This document shows positions 19,932-28,162 of a stretch of DNA of 58,627 nt, piece after piece. The number at the start of each line of letters is the position of its first letter. Positions within the stretch are counted from its first letter, which is position 1. The position numbers and the translations under genes are program-made. The notes below the pieces were generated by a model, which did not search any database, was not told the origin of the DNA, and saw only the letters and a program-made list of their open reading frames with translations. Source of the stretch: Pseudomonadota bacterium (lineage in GTDB: Bacteria; CALINM01); NCBI GenBank assembly GCA_026415985.1, contig JAOAGA010000002.1:261-58887 (forward strand). Direction: 5' to 3'.

Positions 19932-21398
19932 ATGATAATTCAATGTGATAAATGTCAAAGTAAGTTTAAGATTGATGACTCGAAAGTTACGGTGAAGGGT
20001 GTAAAGGTAAAGTGTAAAAAGTGCGCTAATCTTTTTACTGTGTATCCGACAACCGGCGAAAAGATTGAGGAAAAACTTTTTGAGGAAAAACCTGAGATAA
20101 GGCAGGAACCTAAAAAAGAAGAAATATCTTTTGATCTACCTTCCTTCGAGTTTACCATGGAAGAAAAAAAGGAAGAGAAGACTGAGATTAAAGAAGAGAC
20201 TAAAGAAGAGTTTTCCTGGGATCAGTTTAATTTAGACATTTCAGAGAAAAAGCCTGAAACAACAGAGAAGGAGGAGGTTCCCCTCGGAGAGGAGTTAAAA
20301 TTTGATTTCGAAAGTACCCCTGAGCCAAAAAAAGAGAGTGAGGAAGTGGACCTTAGTTTTGACTTTGATAAACTTGAAACAGAGAAAAAAGATTTACCGG
20401 AAGAGACAGTGGCAAAGAAAGAACCATTAGAAGAGTTTATAAAATCAGAGGGAGAGTCTAAGGAGACCTTTGAGTTTAATTTTTCCTTTGAGGAAAAAAA
20501 GGAAGCGGAAGTTCCAAAAGAGTCAGAAAAGGAAACAGAATCATTTAGCTTTGATAGCTTTGGTTTTGAAGAAGATAAAAAAGAAGAAAAGACTGAGGAA
20601 AAGTCCTTTTTAGATGAATTCAAGTTTGAAGAAACGGAAAAAGAGCCGGAAGAGAGTTTTCAGTCCTTTGAAATCAAGAAAGAACCAGAGAAAGAAGAGA
20701 TCGAAGGTTCTCAAGGTTTTGATTTCGTTTTTCAGGAAGAAAAGCCTTCAGAAAAAAAAGAATCTAAGGAAGATTTAAGCTTTGAAGAAGACAGGACTCC
20801 TGATCATAAAGAAGAGCTAAACTTTACGTTCCTTGAAGAAGATAAGAAAATTTCTTTCCCTCAGGAAGAGTTTACTAAAACGGAGGAAGAGCCGAAACCA
20901 TTAATAACTGAAGAAGTCAAACCAAAATCAGGTATTCTTACCTTTGTAGTATCTCTTTTAATTATAATTCTTTTTTCCGGGACAGGGGTTGGTTTTGTCT
21001 GGTGGCAGAAAACCAAAATTCTGGAAACTGAAGGATCTTTTGGAATCAGCGAGGTTAAATCGGAGTTTTATGAAAGCAAGACTTTAGGCAATGTTTTTGT
21101 AGTTAAAGGTAAGATTACAAATGGGTATAGAGTTCCTAAAAGTTTTTTAAAGGTCAAATGTGTTCTATATGACAAAAGTAATAAAAAACTGGCAGAAAAG
21201 ATTGCCTTTGCAAGCAATGTTTTTACCAAGGACGAGATAAGAGAGTTAACCTATGCCGAGATAGAGAAGGGCTTAAATAATAAGATGGGTAAATCCATGA
21301 TGAATGTTGATGTCTCACCGGGTAAGGCTATCCCGTTTATGATAATATTTGATAAAATCCCTGAAGGGGTGAGTTATCTGGAAGTAGAAGCCATCTAA
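19932..21398 (+). CDS. MJ0042-type zinc-ribbon / acidic disordered linker / TM / DUF3426-like protein
   Basis: N-terminal CDKC...CKKC ribbon, about 290 aa of E/K-rich low complexity, one TM helix (ILTFVVSLLIIILFSGTGVGFVWW), and a C-terminal beta-rich domain of the DUF3426 type. Confidence 0.6.
   Translation: MIIQCDKCQSKFKIDDSKVTVKGVKVKCKKCANLFTVYPTTGEKIEEKLFEEKPEIRQEPKKEEISFDLPSFEFTMEEKKEEKTEIKEETKEEFSWDQFNLDISEKKPETTEKEEVPLGEELKFDFESTPEPKKESEEVDLSFDFDKLETEKKDLPEETVAKKEPLEEFIKSEGESKETFEFNFSFEEKKEAEVPKESEKETESFSFDSFGFEEDKKEEKTEEKSFLDEFKFEETEKEPEESFQSFEIKKEPEKEEIEGSQGFDFVFQEEKPSEKKESKEDLSFEEDRTPDHKEELNFTFLEEDKKISFPQEEFTKTEEEPKPLITEEVKPKSGILTFVVSLLIIILFSGTGVGFVWWQKTKILETEGSFGISEVKSEFYESKTLGNVFVVKGKITNGYRVPKSFLKVKCVLYDKSNKKLAEKIAFASNVFTKDEIRELTYAEIEKGLNNKMGKSMMNVDVSPGKAIPFMIIFDKIPEGVSYLEVEAI
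20064..20925 (+). repeat. Low-complexity coding repeat region (E/K-rich spacers punctuated by about 12 aromatic F-x-F motifs)
   Basis: Motifs ISFDLPSFEF, FSWDQFNL, LKFDFES, LSFDFDK, FEFNFSFEE, FSFDSFGFEE, FKFEE, FQSFEI, FDFVFQEE, LSFEE, LNFTFLEE and ISFPQEEF, read from the translation. The DNA is GAA/AAG-rich. Confidence 0.6.
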
Positions 21399-21430
21399 AG
21401 CTTAATAACTATAGAAAGGAATCGGAGAGA

Positions 21431-22312
21431 ATGCATAAAACCCTCGAAAAAATTTACTATGAGGTCAGAGAACCACAGATAGATTTTGATGATATCGGTG
21501 GGCTATGGGATGCCAAGAAAAAGGTAGATGAGTTAATAGTTTTTCCTCTATTGAAAGATAAAGAAATATCAAAAAGCGGTCTTGAGAAACCAAAGGGTGT
21601 ATTACTTTGGGGTCCCCTTGGTGTTGGAATGACCATGCTTGCCGAAGCGTCTGCTAAAAGGGCAAAGGTCCCCTTTGTTTATGTGTCAGGACAAGAAGTT
21701 CTCGGGAAAAAAACAGCCCTGAAAGAAGCAATCGATACCGCCATTGAGGAGAAACCTTGTGTTCTTTATATCTCCGATTGTGACTGGATCTGCCCGAGAC
21801 CTAATTGCAGTTACGAATGGAAAAGGGGAAACTTCAGGGGAAAACCACCTACCTTTGCCGATGATGATTTCAGAACTTTTTTTATTAGAGAGATCGACAG
21901 AGTTCAGGAATTCGATGAAGTTAGGTTAGTAGGTGGTTGTTACAGAGTTGATGTGGTAGATCAGGCTATAATCAAGGAAAAAAAACGGTTTAACAGAAAA
22001 ATTTTTTTACATCCTCCTGAATATGAAGATAGATTAGATATGTTAAAGATTTATCTCAAAAAGGTCAAAAATCTTGGAAAAGACGTTGATATTAAGATAC
22101 TTGCTCAAAAAACAAGAGGATATGTCGGCTGGGATATAGAAAGTCTTTATAAAAAGGCTGTTCTTTTTTCTATTATGGATGGGAAAAAATCAGTGGATAT
22201 GAAATCTTTTGAAAAGGCTTTGAAAGATATAGAGCCGTGGCTTTCCGAGGATATGATTATTGGCTATTATGATATCTATAACAAAGATTGTCCTCATCAT
22301 TATACCTTCTGA
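21431..22312 (+). CDS. Classic-clade AAA+ (CDC48/FtsH-like) protein with degenerate catalytic motifs
   Basis: Aligns by eye to DIGGL...KGVLLYGPPGTGKT...IIFIDEID...ATNR, but reads GPLGVGMT (Walker A Lys to Met, 21629-21631), YISDCDW (Walker B Glu to Cys, 21779-21781) and GGCYR (sensor-1 Asn lost). Confidence 0.7.
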   Translation: MHKTLEKIYYEVREPQIDFDDIGGLWDAKKKVDELIVFPLLKDKEISKSGLEKPKGVLLWGPLGVGMTMLAEASAKRAKVPFVYVSGQEVLGKKTALKEAIDTAIEEKPCVLYISDCDWICPRPNCSYEWKRGNFRGKPPTFADDDFRTFFIREIDRVQEFDEVRLVGGCYRVDVVDQAIIKEKKRFNRKIFLHPPEYEDRLDMLKIYLKKVKNLGKDVDIKILAQKTRGYVGWDIESLYKKAVLFSIMDGKKSVDMKSFEKALKDIEPWLSEDMIIGYYDIYNKDCPHHYTF

Positions 22313-22749
22313 TGAATAAAAGCGGGTTAAAGTTAGTATATTGGTTTCACGGTCACAGTTGCCCTATGTCTACCTTAGGGTATAGGGCAGGTGTTGTGGC
22401 AAAAAAGTTGCTTAAGGTTAAAAGGAAAGATTACTATAAAGTTTCTGTTAAAGTGTTTTTTAAAAGCTGTGCTGTTGACGGTATTCAGATAAGTTTTCCT
22501 GCTACCTATGCGAATGGTAATTTAACATTACAGGATGAAAAGAGATTTGCTTTTGAGTTTCTTGACAATGAAAAAAAGAGAGGCGTAAGCATAACATTCA
22601 ACAAACCATTGTTAGACTTTATGGAAAGATATGCCCATATAAAAAAAACAGAAAAAGATGAAAAAAAGATTATTGGTTTCTTTAAAAAATTTATTAAGTA
22701 TACCCAATCGGCAAAACTGAATGATATCTTCATTATAAAAGAGATTTAA
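22312..22749 (+). CDS. FmdE/FwdE-domain protein
   Basis: HGHSCPMSTLGYRAG motif. Start set at the ATG at 22312, which forms a TGATG overlap with the upstream stop. The ORF track begins at an upstream TTG at 22288. Confidence 0.6.
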   Translation: MNKSGLKLVYWFHGHSCPMSTLGYRAGVVAKKLLKVKRKDYYKVSVKVFFKSCAVDGIQISFPATYANGNLTLQDEKRFAFEFLDNEKKRGVSITFNKPLLDFMERYAHIKKTEKDEKKIIGFFKKFIKYTQSAKLNDIFIIKEI

Positions 22750-22763
22750 CTCTAAAATAATCT

Positions 22764-23714
22764 ATGCAGGAACTAATATCAAAATTTCTCAATATCATTT
22801 ACATAGAGATCTCCAAGATGTGGGTTTTTACCTTCATTAGTATAATTATTGCATCTTTGATAAAGACATATCAGATTGATTTAAAGATAAGGTTTCTTAT
22901 GCAGAAAAAGATTAAAACGGGTATTCTTTTTGCCACATTTGCGGGACTTGTGTCACCCCTTTGTTCCTGTGGAATTTTACCAATTGCCATCTCTCTTTCT
23001 GCTGCGGGAGTTCCATTGCCACCAATAACAGCTCTTCTTTTTACCTCGCCTGCTATGGGGCCGGAAGCTCTTGTGTTGACTTACGGAGGTCTTGGAATTA
23101 AGTATGCGTTAGTGAAATTAATCTTTGCTACTATTTTTGGAATTATAATTGGCTTTGTTTTTCTGTTTCTTCAGAGACTTAATTTCTATACCGAGGATGC
23201 CATAAGGATAAAACCGGTTTTTGATGAAAGGGGCGAGCTTTTATCGTCATACCAGATTGCCTGTGCTAATGATATTTCAATTAAAACTATGAATGTAATA
23301 CCAAGGGAAAGCAGATTTAGGTTTTTTCTTGACAGATTTTACGATATGGCTCTTTTTATTGGTGGGTTAACCTTCTTGGCGATAGTTATAGAAGCTTTAC
23401 TTCATATTTTTATAAGCCAGGATATTCTTAAAAGTTTACTCTCCTATAGTGGTATGTTTTCGGTATTAATTACCGCCTTTATAGGAGGGCTCATTCCCTT
23501 GAATCAGATTGCCTTTGTCCCCATAGCAAAGGGGCTTCAGTCTTTAGGAGCAAGTGATGCGGTAATAGTTACATTAATGTTTGCAGGCCCGACTATTAGT
23601 ATTCCATCTATAATTGTTTTATACAAGATGTTTAAATGGAGGGTTTTCATAACTTTTGTAACAGTTTCTTTTTTGCTTTCTTTGGTAGCAGGTTTAATTT
23701 TTCTCGTTATATAG
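22764..23714 (+). CDS. Polytopic permease with SPLCSCG motif (ArsP/DUF318-like two-repeat permease)
   Basis: About 8 hydrophobic helices. SPLCSCGILP at about 22953-22980. A cytoplasmic loop separates two halves. Confidence 0.6.
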   Translation: MQELISKFLNIIYIEISKMWVFTFISIIIASLIKTYQIDLKIRFLMQKKIKTGILFATFAGLVSPLCSCGILPIAISLSAAGVPLPPITALLFTSPAMGPEALVLTYGGLGIKYALVKLIFATIFGIIIGFVFLFLQRLNFYTEDAIRIKPVFDERGELLSSYQIACANDISIKTMNVIPRESRFRFFLDRFYDMALFIGGLTFLAIVIEALLHIFISQDILKSLLSYSGMFSVLITAFIGGLIPLNQIAFVPIAKGLQSLGASDAVIVTLMFAGPTISIPSIIVLYKMFKWRVFITFVTVSFLLSLVAGLIFLVI

Positions 23715-23852
23715 CGGAAATTAAATGTTAAATATTAGTAAAATGACGTAAAAAGAAAAAGTTGGTAATTTTATATCAGATTTATTTATTTTGTTTTAAC
23801 TTTTATCTTCATTAATTTTTTTAAGAGGCATATTTTTTGCATAATATTTAAC

Positions 23853-23881
23853 TTGAAATTACTAATTTTTAAAGATATAAT
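23853..23881 (+). promoter_or_regulatory. Near-consensus sigma70 promoter (TTGAAA-17 nt-TATAAT) for the FG-GAP/ASPIC gene
   Basis: TTGAAA at 23853-23858, TATAAT at 23876-23881, AT-rich UP-like sequence upstream, AAAGGAG RBS ending at 23904, ATG at 23912. Confidence 0.5.
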
Positions 23882-23911
23882 TTAAAAAACTCTAATAAAA
23901 GGAGTTAGATT

Positions 23912-25369
23912 ATGAAGGTTAAATTGCTTGCTTTTTTCTTAGTTTTATTACTTCCGGTTTTTGCATCTGCACAGAATGTTAAGTTTGAGGATTATTCTGA
24001 GAAGGCAGGTGTGGCTTTTAAAGGAAATGGAAAAGGAGTTGCTATAGCAGATTATAATAATGATGGCCTCCTTGATATCCTGATTTCTAACAAAGGTGGC
24101 GGGATCAGATTGTACAAAAATAATGGCAACGGCACCTTTTCCGATGTCACAAAAGCTGTTGGTTTAGAAGATCTCGGTTATTGTTTAGGCTCTGTATGGG
24201 GTGACATAGACAATGACGGGTGGGTTGATTTATACGTTCCCAAAGGTGGTGTTTATGAGGTGGAAACCAATAGGCTTTTTAGGAACGAAGGTGGCAAGTT
24301 TGTTGATATTACAGATAAGGCCGGTGTTGCAGGTATAGTAGATGGTAAACCCGCTTTTACTTATGGTGCCGCTATGGCTGATTACGATAAAGATGGCTTC
24401 CTTGATATCTATCTTGCAAATTACGGTGTAGGTGCAAAAAATATTCTCTATAGAAATAATGGTAATCTCACTTTTACTGATGTTACTGATACTGCAGGAG
24501 TTGGTGATAAAAGCTGGAGTTGGAGTGCCACCTTTGCAGATGTTAATGGAGATGGTTGGCCTGATATTTATGTAGCCAACGGAAGATATCCTGCTGGTGA
24601 GCCAAATAAGCTATATATTAACAAAGGTGACGGGACTTTCGTTGAAATGGCAGAAAAGTTAGGAGTTGCCGATGACAACTGGTCATTAGGGGCATCCTTT
24701 GCAGATATTGATAACGATGGAGACCTTGACTTGTATGTGTCTAACTATATCGGAGACAATAATCTTTATATAAACGACGGTAAGGGTAACTTTACTAAGG
24801 CGACCAAAAATATTTCAGGTGCGCCTAAAGATCATTGGGGTAAAGGACCAACCTTTGGCGATATTAACAATGACGGTCTTTTAGATTTATACGAAGGTGA
24901 TTGCAAGCTTGCAAATCAGTTATATCTTAATACAGGTGGCGGTAAGTTTAAGAATATTATAAACACTATGCCCGCTTTGAAGTGCGAAACCGTCAGGACG
25001 AAAGGAACGGTCTTTGCTGATTTTAATAACGATGGTCAGCTCGATTTATATGTAGTTAACTGGGGTGCGGCAAATAAACTTTTTATAAACAAATCTAAGA
25101 ATCCAAACTGGTTAGAAATCAAACTCGTAGGTAGCAAGAGTAATAAAGATGCAATAGGCTCAAAAGTCTATGTATACGATGAAAAGGGAAAACTTGTTGG
25201 TTTCAGAGAAGTTGTTACATCTTCCGGCTTCTGTACACAGCCACCAAAGGTACAGCATTTTGGTTTTGCAAAGGCTGGAAAATATGATGTTAAGGTATTG
25301 TTCCCATCAGGTAAATCTGTAGAAAAGAAAGCAGTTGCATTAGGTCAGATACTAACAATCAACGAATAA
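23912..25369 (+). CDS. Secreted FG-GAP/VCBS-repeat beta-propeller protein with C-terminal ASPIC/UnbV domain
   Basis: Signal peptide ending ...VFASAQ. Seven repeats of the (A/G)D-x-(D/N)-x-DG-x-x-D-(I/L)-(Y/L) type (ADYNNDGLLDI, GDIDNDGWVDL, ADYDKDGFLDI, ADVNGDGWPDI, ADIDNDGDLDL, GDINNDGLLDL, ADFNNDGQLDL), then NWLEIKLVG...AIGSKV. Confidence 0.8.
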   Translation: MKVKLLAFFLVLLLPVFASAQNVKFEDYSEKAGVAFKGNGKGVAIADYNNDGLLDILISNKGGGIRLYKNNGNGTFSDVTKAVGLEDLGYCLGSVWGDIDNDGWVDLYVPKGGVYEVETNRLFRNEGGKFVDITDKAGVAGIVDGKPAFTYGAAMADYDKDGFLDIYLANYGVGAKNILYRNNGNLTFTDVTDTAGVGDKSWSWSATFADVNGDGWPDIYVANGRYPAGEPNKLYINKGDGTFVEMAEKLGVADDNWSLGASFADIDNDGDLDLYVSNYIGDNNLYINDGKGNFTKATKNISGAPKDHWGKGPTFGDINNDGLLDLYEGDCKLANQLYLNTGGGKFKNIINTMPALKCETVRTKGTVFADFNNDGQLDLYVVNWGAANKLFINKSKNPNWLEIKLVGSKSNKDAIGSKVYVYDEKGKLVGFREVVTSSGFCTQPPKVQHFGFAKAGKYDVKVLFPSGKSVEKKAVALGQILTINE

Positions 25370-25385
25370 ACTAATGGACTAAGAA

Positions 25386-25409
25386 GGGGGCTTTAGCCCC
25401 CTTTTTTTT
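25386..25409 (+). terminator. Rho-independent terminator
   Basis: GGGGGC-TTTA-GCCCCC hairpin (25386-25401) followed by T8 (25402-25409), 17 nt after the stop codon. Confidence 0.8.
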
Positions 25410-25437
25410 CGGCTCATTTCTTGTTAATCACTAATTT

Positions 25438-26415
25438 ATGAAGTTTTTATTCTTTTTTTTGTTTCTTTTCCTTTCACAAAAGGTCTATTCAGTTGAAATT
25501 ACAGTAAAAACATCTTTTAACTCTCAAAACGTGGAAGGAGTTGATGTTTTAGTTTATAAGGCAGAAGAACATATATATAGAGATAAATATCTTTTTAGTT
25601 CTCAGACAGATAAAGAAGGAAATGCAAGATTTAGACTCTCCGAAGGCAAATATTTTTTAGCGGCAGAAAAAAAGCTGAAAGACGGGATTTTGTTTGGGTT
25701 TTACGGACTCAACCCTATTTATATAAGGGAACCACAGACGATTAATTTGATTCTCGTGAAATATGAAAAAGATTTTATCAGGGAGTTAAGGGAAAAAAGG
25801 ATAGAAGGTTTTGTCTTTTATGAAGGCAATCCTGTTGAAAATGCAGGAATTTACATCTATCTTGATCTTTCCACGGAACTTAAGGGCCCGCCCTATTTAT
25901 TTGCAGTTACAGATGAAAGAGGTTTTTTTTCGTTAGATATACCTGAAGGAAGTTATTATATTATTTTTAGGAAAAGGCAGAATTCTGGGTTTGGTCCGCC
26001 ATCTTCTGGGGATTTAATAGGCTTTTTCCCTCAATTTCCTCTTGTTATAAATAAAAAGGGTGTAAAAATTTCGACAAACCTTTTTAAGATTCCTGAAAAG
26101 AGAGACCTCTCGAAAAACAAGAATCTCTTTCTTATAAAAGGAAAACTTGTCCTAAAAGATGGTAACCCTGCAGAAAAATATTATGTTGGACTATACGATA
26201 ATAGGGAACTTTTAGGAAAACCAGTTTATGTATCGACTCAAACGGATAGTAATGGAAATTTTTCAGTATATGTTAAAGAAAAAGGAAAATATTATGTTGG
26301 TATAAGAAACAATCTTGGTGATACTCCCTCTGAAGACGAGGAAGTCTTTTATTTTAACGAAATAGATATCACTGATGCCAATAAGGAGATGTATTTTGAG
26401 ATTATTATTGATTAA
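25438..26415 (+). CDS. Exported protein with three carboxypeptidase-regulatory-like beta-sandwich modules (paralogue 1)
   Basis: Sec signal MKFLFFFLFLFLSQKVYS. Three modules with (T/S)D-x-x-G-x-F...L-x-EG-x-Y(Y/F) and G-P-x3-GD motifs. Paralogous to 30496, 31536 and 33858. Confidence 0.6.
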   Translation: MKFLFFFLFLFLSQKVYSVEITVKTSFNSQNVEGVDVLVYKAEEHIYRDKYLFSSQTDKEGNARFRLSEGKYFLAAEKKLKDGILFGFYGLNPIYIREPQTINLILVKYEKDFIRELREKRIEGFVFYEGNPVENAGIYIYLDLSTELKGPPYLFAVTDERGFFSLDIPEGSYYIIFRKRQNSGFGPPSSGDLIGFFPQFPLVINKKGVKISTNLFKIPEKRDLSKNKNLFLIKGKLVLKDGNPAEKYYVGLYDNRELLGKPVYVSTQTDSNGNFSVYVKEKGKYYVGIRNNLGDTPSEDEEVFYFNEIDITDANKEMYFEIIID

Positions 26416-28162
26416 GATTGGTCTTTTGTCAGTATTTTGCCTTATTTTAAATACTAAAAATCTACAGGCCGATGAGATACTCAAGAATACAATAATAAAA
26501 AACAACAAAACTATAAGTGGCAGAGTCATAATAGAAGGCAAGGTGACCGTTGAAAAGGGGGCTGTTTTATATATTCAGCCGGGCACACAGATATTATTTA
26601 AAAACCTTGATACTGATGGAGATGGTATTTCTGAAACTTCCCTTTGGATATACGGTAATATAATAGCAAAGGGCGAGAAGGGCAGAAAAATCCTTTTTAC
26701 TTCCTATGAAAAGGAGAAAAAATGGGGAGACTGGAAGGAAATACAGATTAATCATGTGAAGGGTTTTGTATTTGATTATGTTGAGATTCAGTATAGTGAG
26801 TATGGGCTTCATATTCATTTTTCTGAAGGAGAGATTACAAACTCTATATTCAGATATAACAATGATTGCACAAGATTGGGAAACTCAAAAATTTCTTTCA
26901 AAGACAATCTCTTTGAGAAAAATACCGGTAAGGCACTGAATTTCACTAATTGTAATATCCTATTTGAAAGAAATGTTGTAAGAGAAAACAGAGAGGGGAT
27001 TTTTGTATTTGAAAAGAGTGGTTTTGTAACGATAAGAGAAAACAATATTTATAATAATTTCAAAAATATAAAAACGGGAGATTTTTTTAAAGACAAACTT
27101 GTTTTAGAAAGAAATTTTATATATCCCGCAAATAATATCGAAGGTGAAGTAAGATTTGTCGCTGTTAATGAGCCATTTTACGGAATTCTTCCCGACGATA
27201 AAGATGCCTATATAAATTTTATTATCGAGACACAAGGATATGTTGATGGTGGCGGGGTAATAGATGGAGAGAGGTTATACTTTCCCTCCTTTGATGGCAA
27301 TATTTATGAGTATGATTTAAAAAATGGGTATGTCAGGAAATTTTTCATAGATGATTTTTCCGATGCTGTTCCTGTTCTTTATGGCAAAAAACTTTTTTCC
27401 CAAAACTGGCGGGGAGATATAGTTACCTTTGATTTACTTACAGGTAATAAAAAAATCATAGCGTCCTTTGACAAAACATTAAAAGATGATCACAGAAACC
27501 CATCTCCGGTGGTGTTTGATAATAAAGGAGTCTTTTTAAGCCCCGGTGGGAGCCTTTTAGTAATAAATCTTACTGACAATAAAGAATTATTCAGAACAAA
27601 ACTTAACGGAGAGTTCAGGGCAAAACCTTTATTAAATGGTGATCTTTTGTATATTCCTTCGGTAACAGGCGATATATATACGCTATCATTTATTGATTAT
27701 AGTTTAAATAAAGTAAGTTTTGATGGAAGTTTTTATTCCTCTCCTGTTTTTTATGAAGATTCTATAGTTATTCTGAGCAAAGAAGGAAAAGTTTTTTTTC
27801 TCGATAAAAATCTGATTGTAAAAAGAGTTGTCGATTTAAAAAGCTCTTTCAGATACCAATCTCCGATAGTCTTTAATGAAAGTTTATATTTATTTTCTCT
27901 TGATGGTAAAATATTTAAACTTAAGCAGAACGGAGAGCCTGTTCTTTTGAAAGAGACGGAAGAAATATTTACATCAACACCTATTTTATATAAAGGCTTT
28001 ATTGTTATACCGGGATTTTATGGTAATCTTTACTTCTATAGAGATGACAAAACGATAAGAATATCAAATCTGGGAGAGATGCAATTTTCTCCTTTAGTAT
28101 ATGATGATTTTATAATAATTGGCTCAAGGGCAAACAGGGTCTATGGAATTAAAATCTGGTAA
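26375..28162 (+). CDS. Exported right-handed beta-helix domain fused to PQQ-like beta-propeller
   Basis: Signal-like N-terminus. Beta-helix repeats (NSIFRYN, DNLFEKN, RNVVREN, ENNIYNN), then propeller blades (DGNIYEYDLKNG, GDIVTFDLLTG, GDIYTL, EGKVFFLD, DGKIFKL, GNLYFY). Alternative TTG start at 26396, behind AAGGAGA at 26383-26389. Confidence 0.6.
   Translation: MPIRRCILRLLLIKIGLLSVFCLILNTKNLQADEILKNTIIKNNKTISGRVIIEGKVTVEKGAVLYIQPGTQILFKNLDTDGDGISETSLWIYGNIIAKGEKGRKILFTSYEKEKKWGDWKEIQINHVKGFVFDYVEIQYSEYGLHIHFSEGEITNSIFRYNNDCTRLGNSKISFKDNLFEKNTGKALNFTNCNILFERNVVRENREGIFVFEKSGFVTIRENNIYNNFKNIKTGDFFKDKLVLERNFIYPANNIEGEVRFVAVNEPFYGILPDDKDAYINFIIETQGYVDGGGVIDGERLYFPSFDGNIYEYDLKNGYVRKFFIDDFSDAVPVLYGKKLFSQNWRGDIVTFDLLTGNKKIIASFDKTLKDDHRNPSPVVFDNKGVFLSPGGSLLVINLTDNKELFRTKLNGEFRAKPLLNGDLLYIPSVTGDIYTLSFIDYSLNKVSFDGSFYSSPVFYEDSIVILSKEGKVFFLDKNLIVKRVVDLKSSFRYQSPIVFNESLYLFSLDGKIFKLKQNGEPVLLKETEEIFTSTPILYKGFIVIPGFYGNLYFYRDDKTIRISNLGEMQFSPLVYDDFIIIGSRANRVYGIKIW

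Noticed and set aside
20222-20623. 133-aa Ser-rich ORF on the minus strand
   Set aside because: It is the antisense reading of the GAA/AAG-rich low-complexity linker of the zinc-ribbon protein. It has low-complexity composition and no start context, so it is an artefact.
23715-23852. A long AT-rich intergenic region as a possible riboswitch or sRNA gene
   Set aside because: I could see no conserved-looking helices or GC-rich stems. The region lies upstream of the predicted promoter, so it is more consistent with UP-element or curved promoter DNA.
26263-26541. 92-aa minus-strand ORF spanning the junction of the first two operon genes (similar cases at 32541-32846 and 34919-35203)
   Set aside because: It is antisense to well-supported coding frames with export signals and paralogue support. 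AT-rich DNA yields long spurious antisense ORFs.
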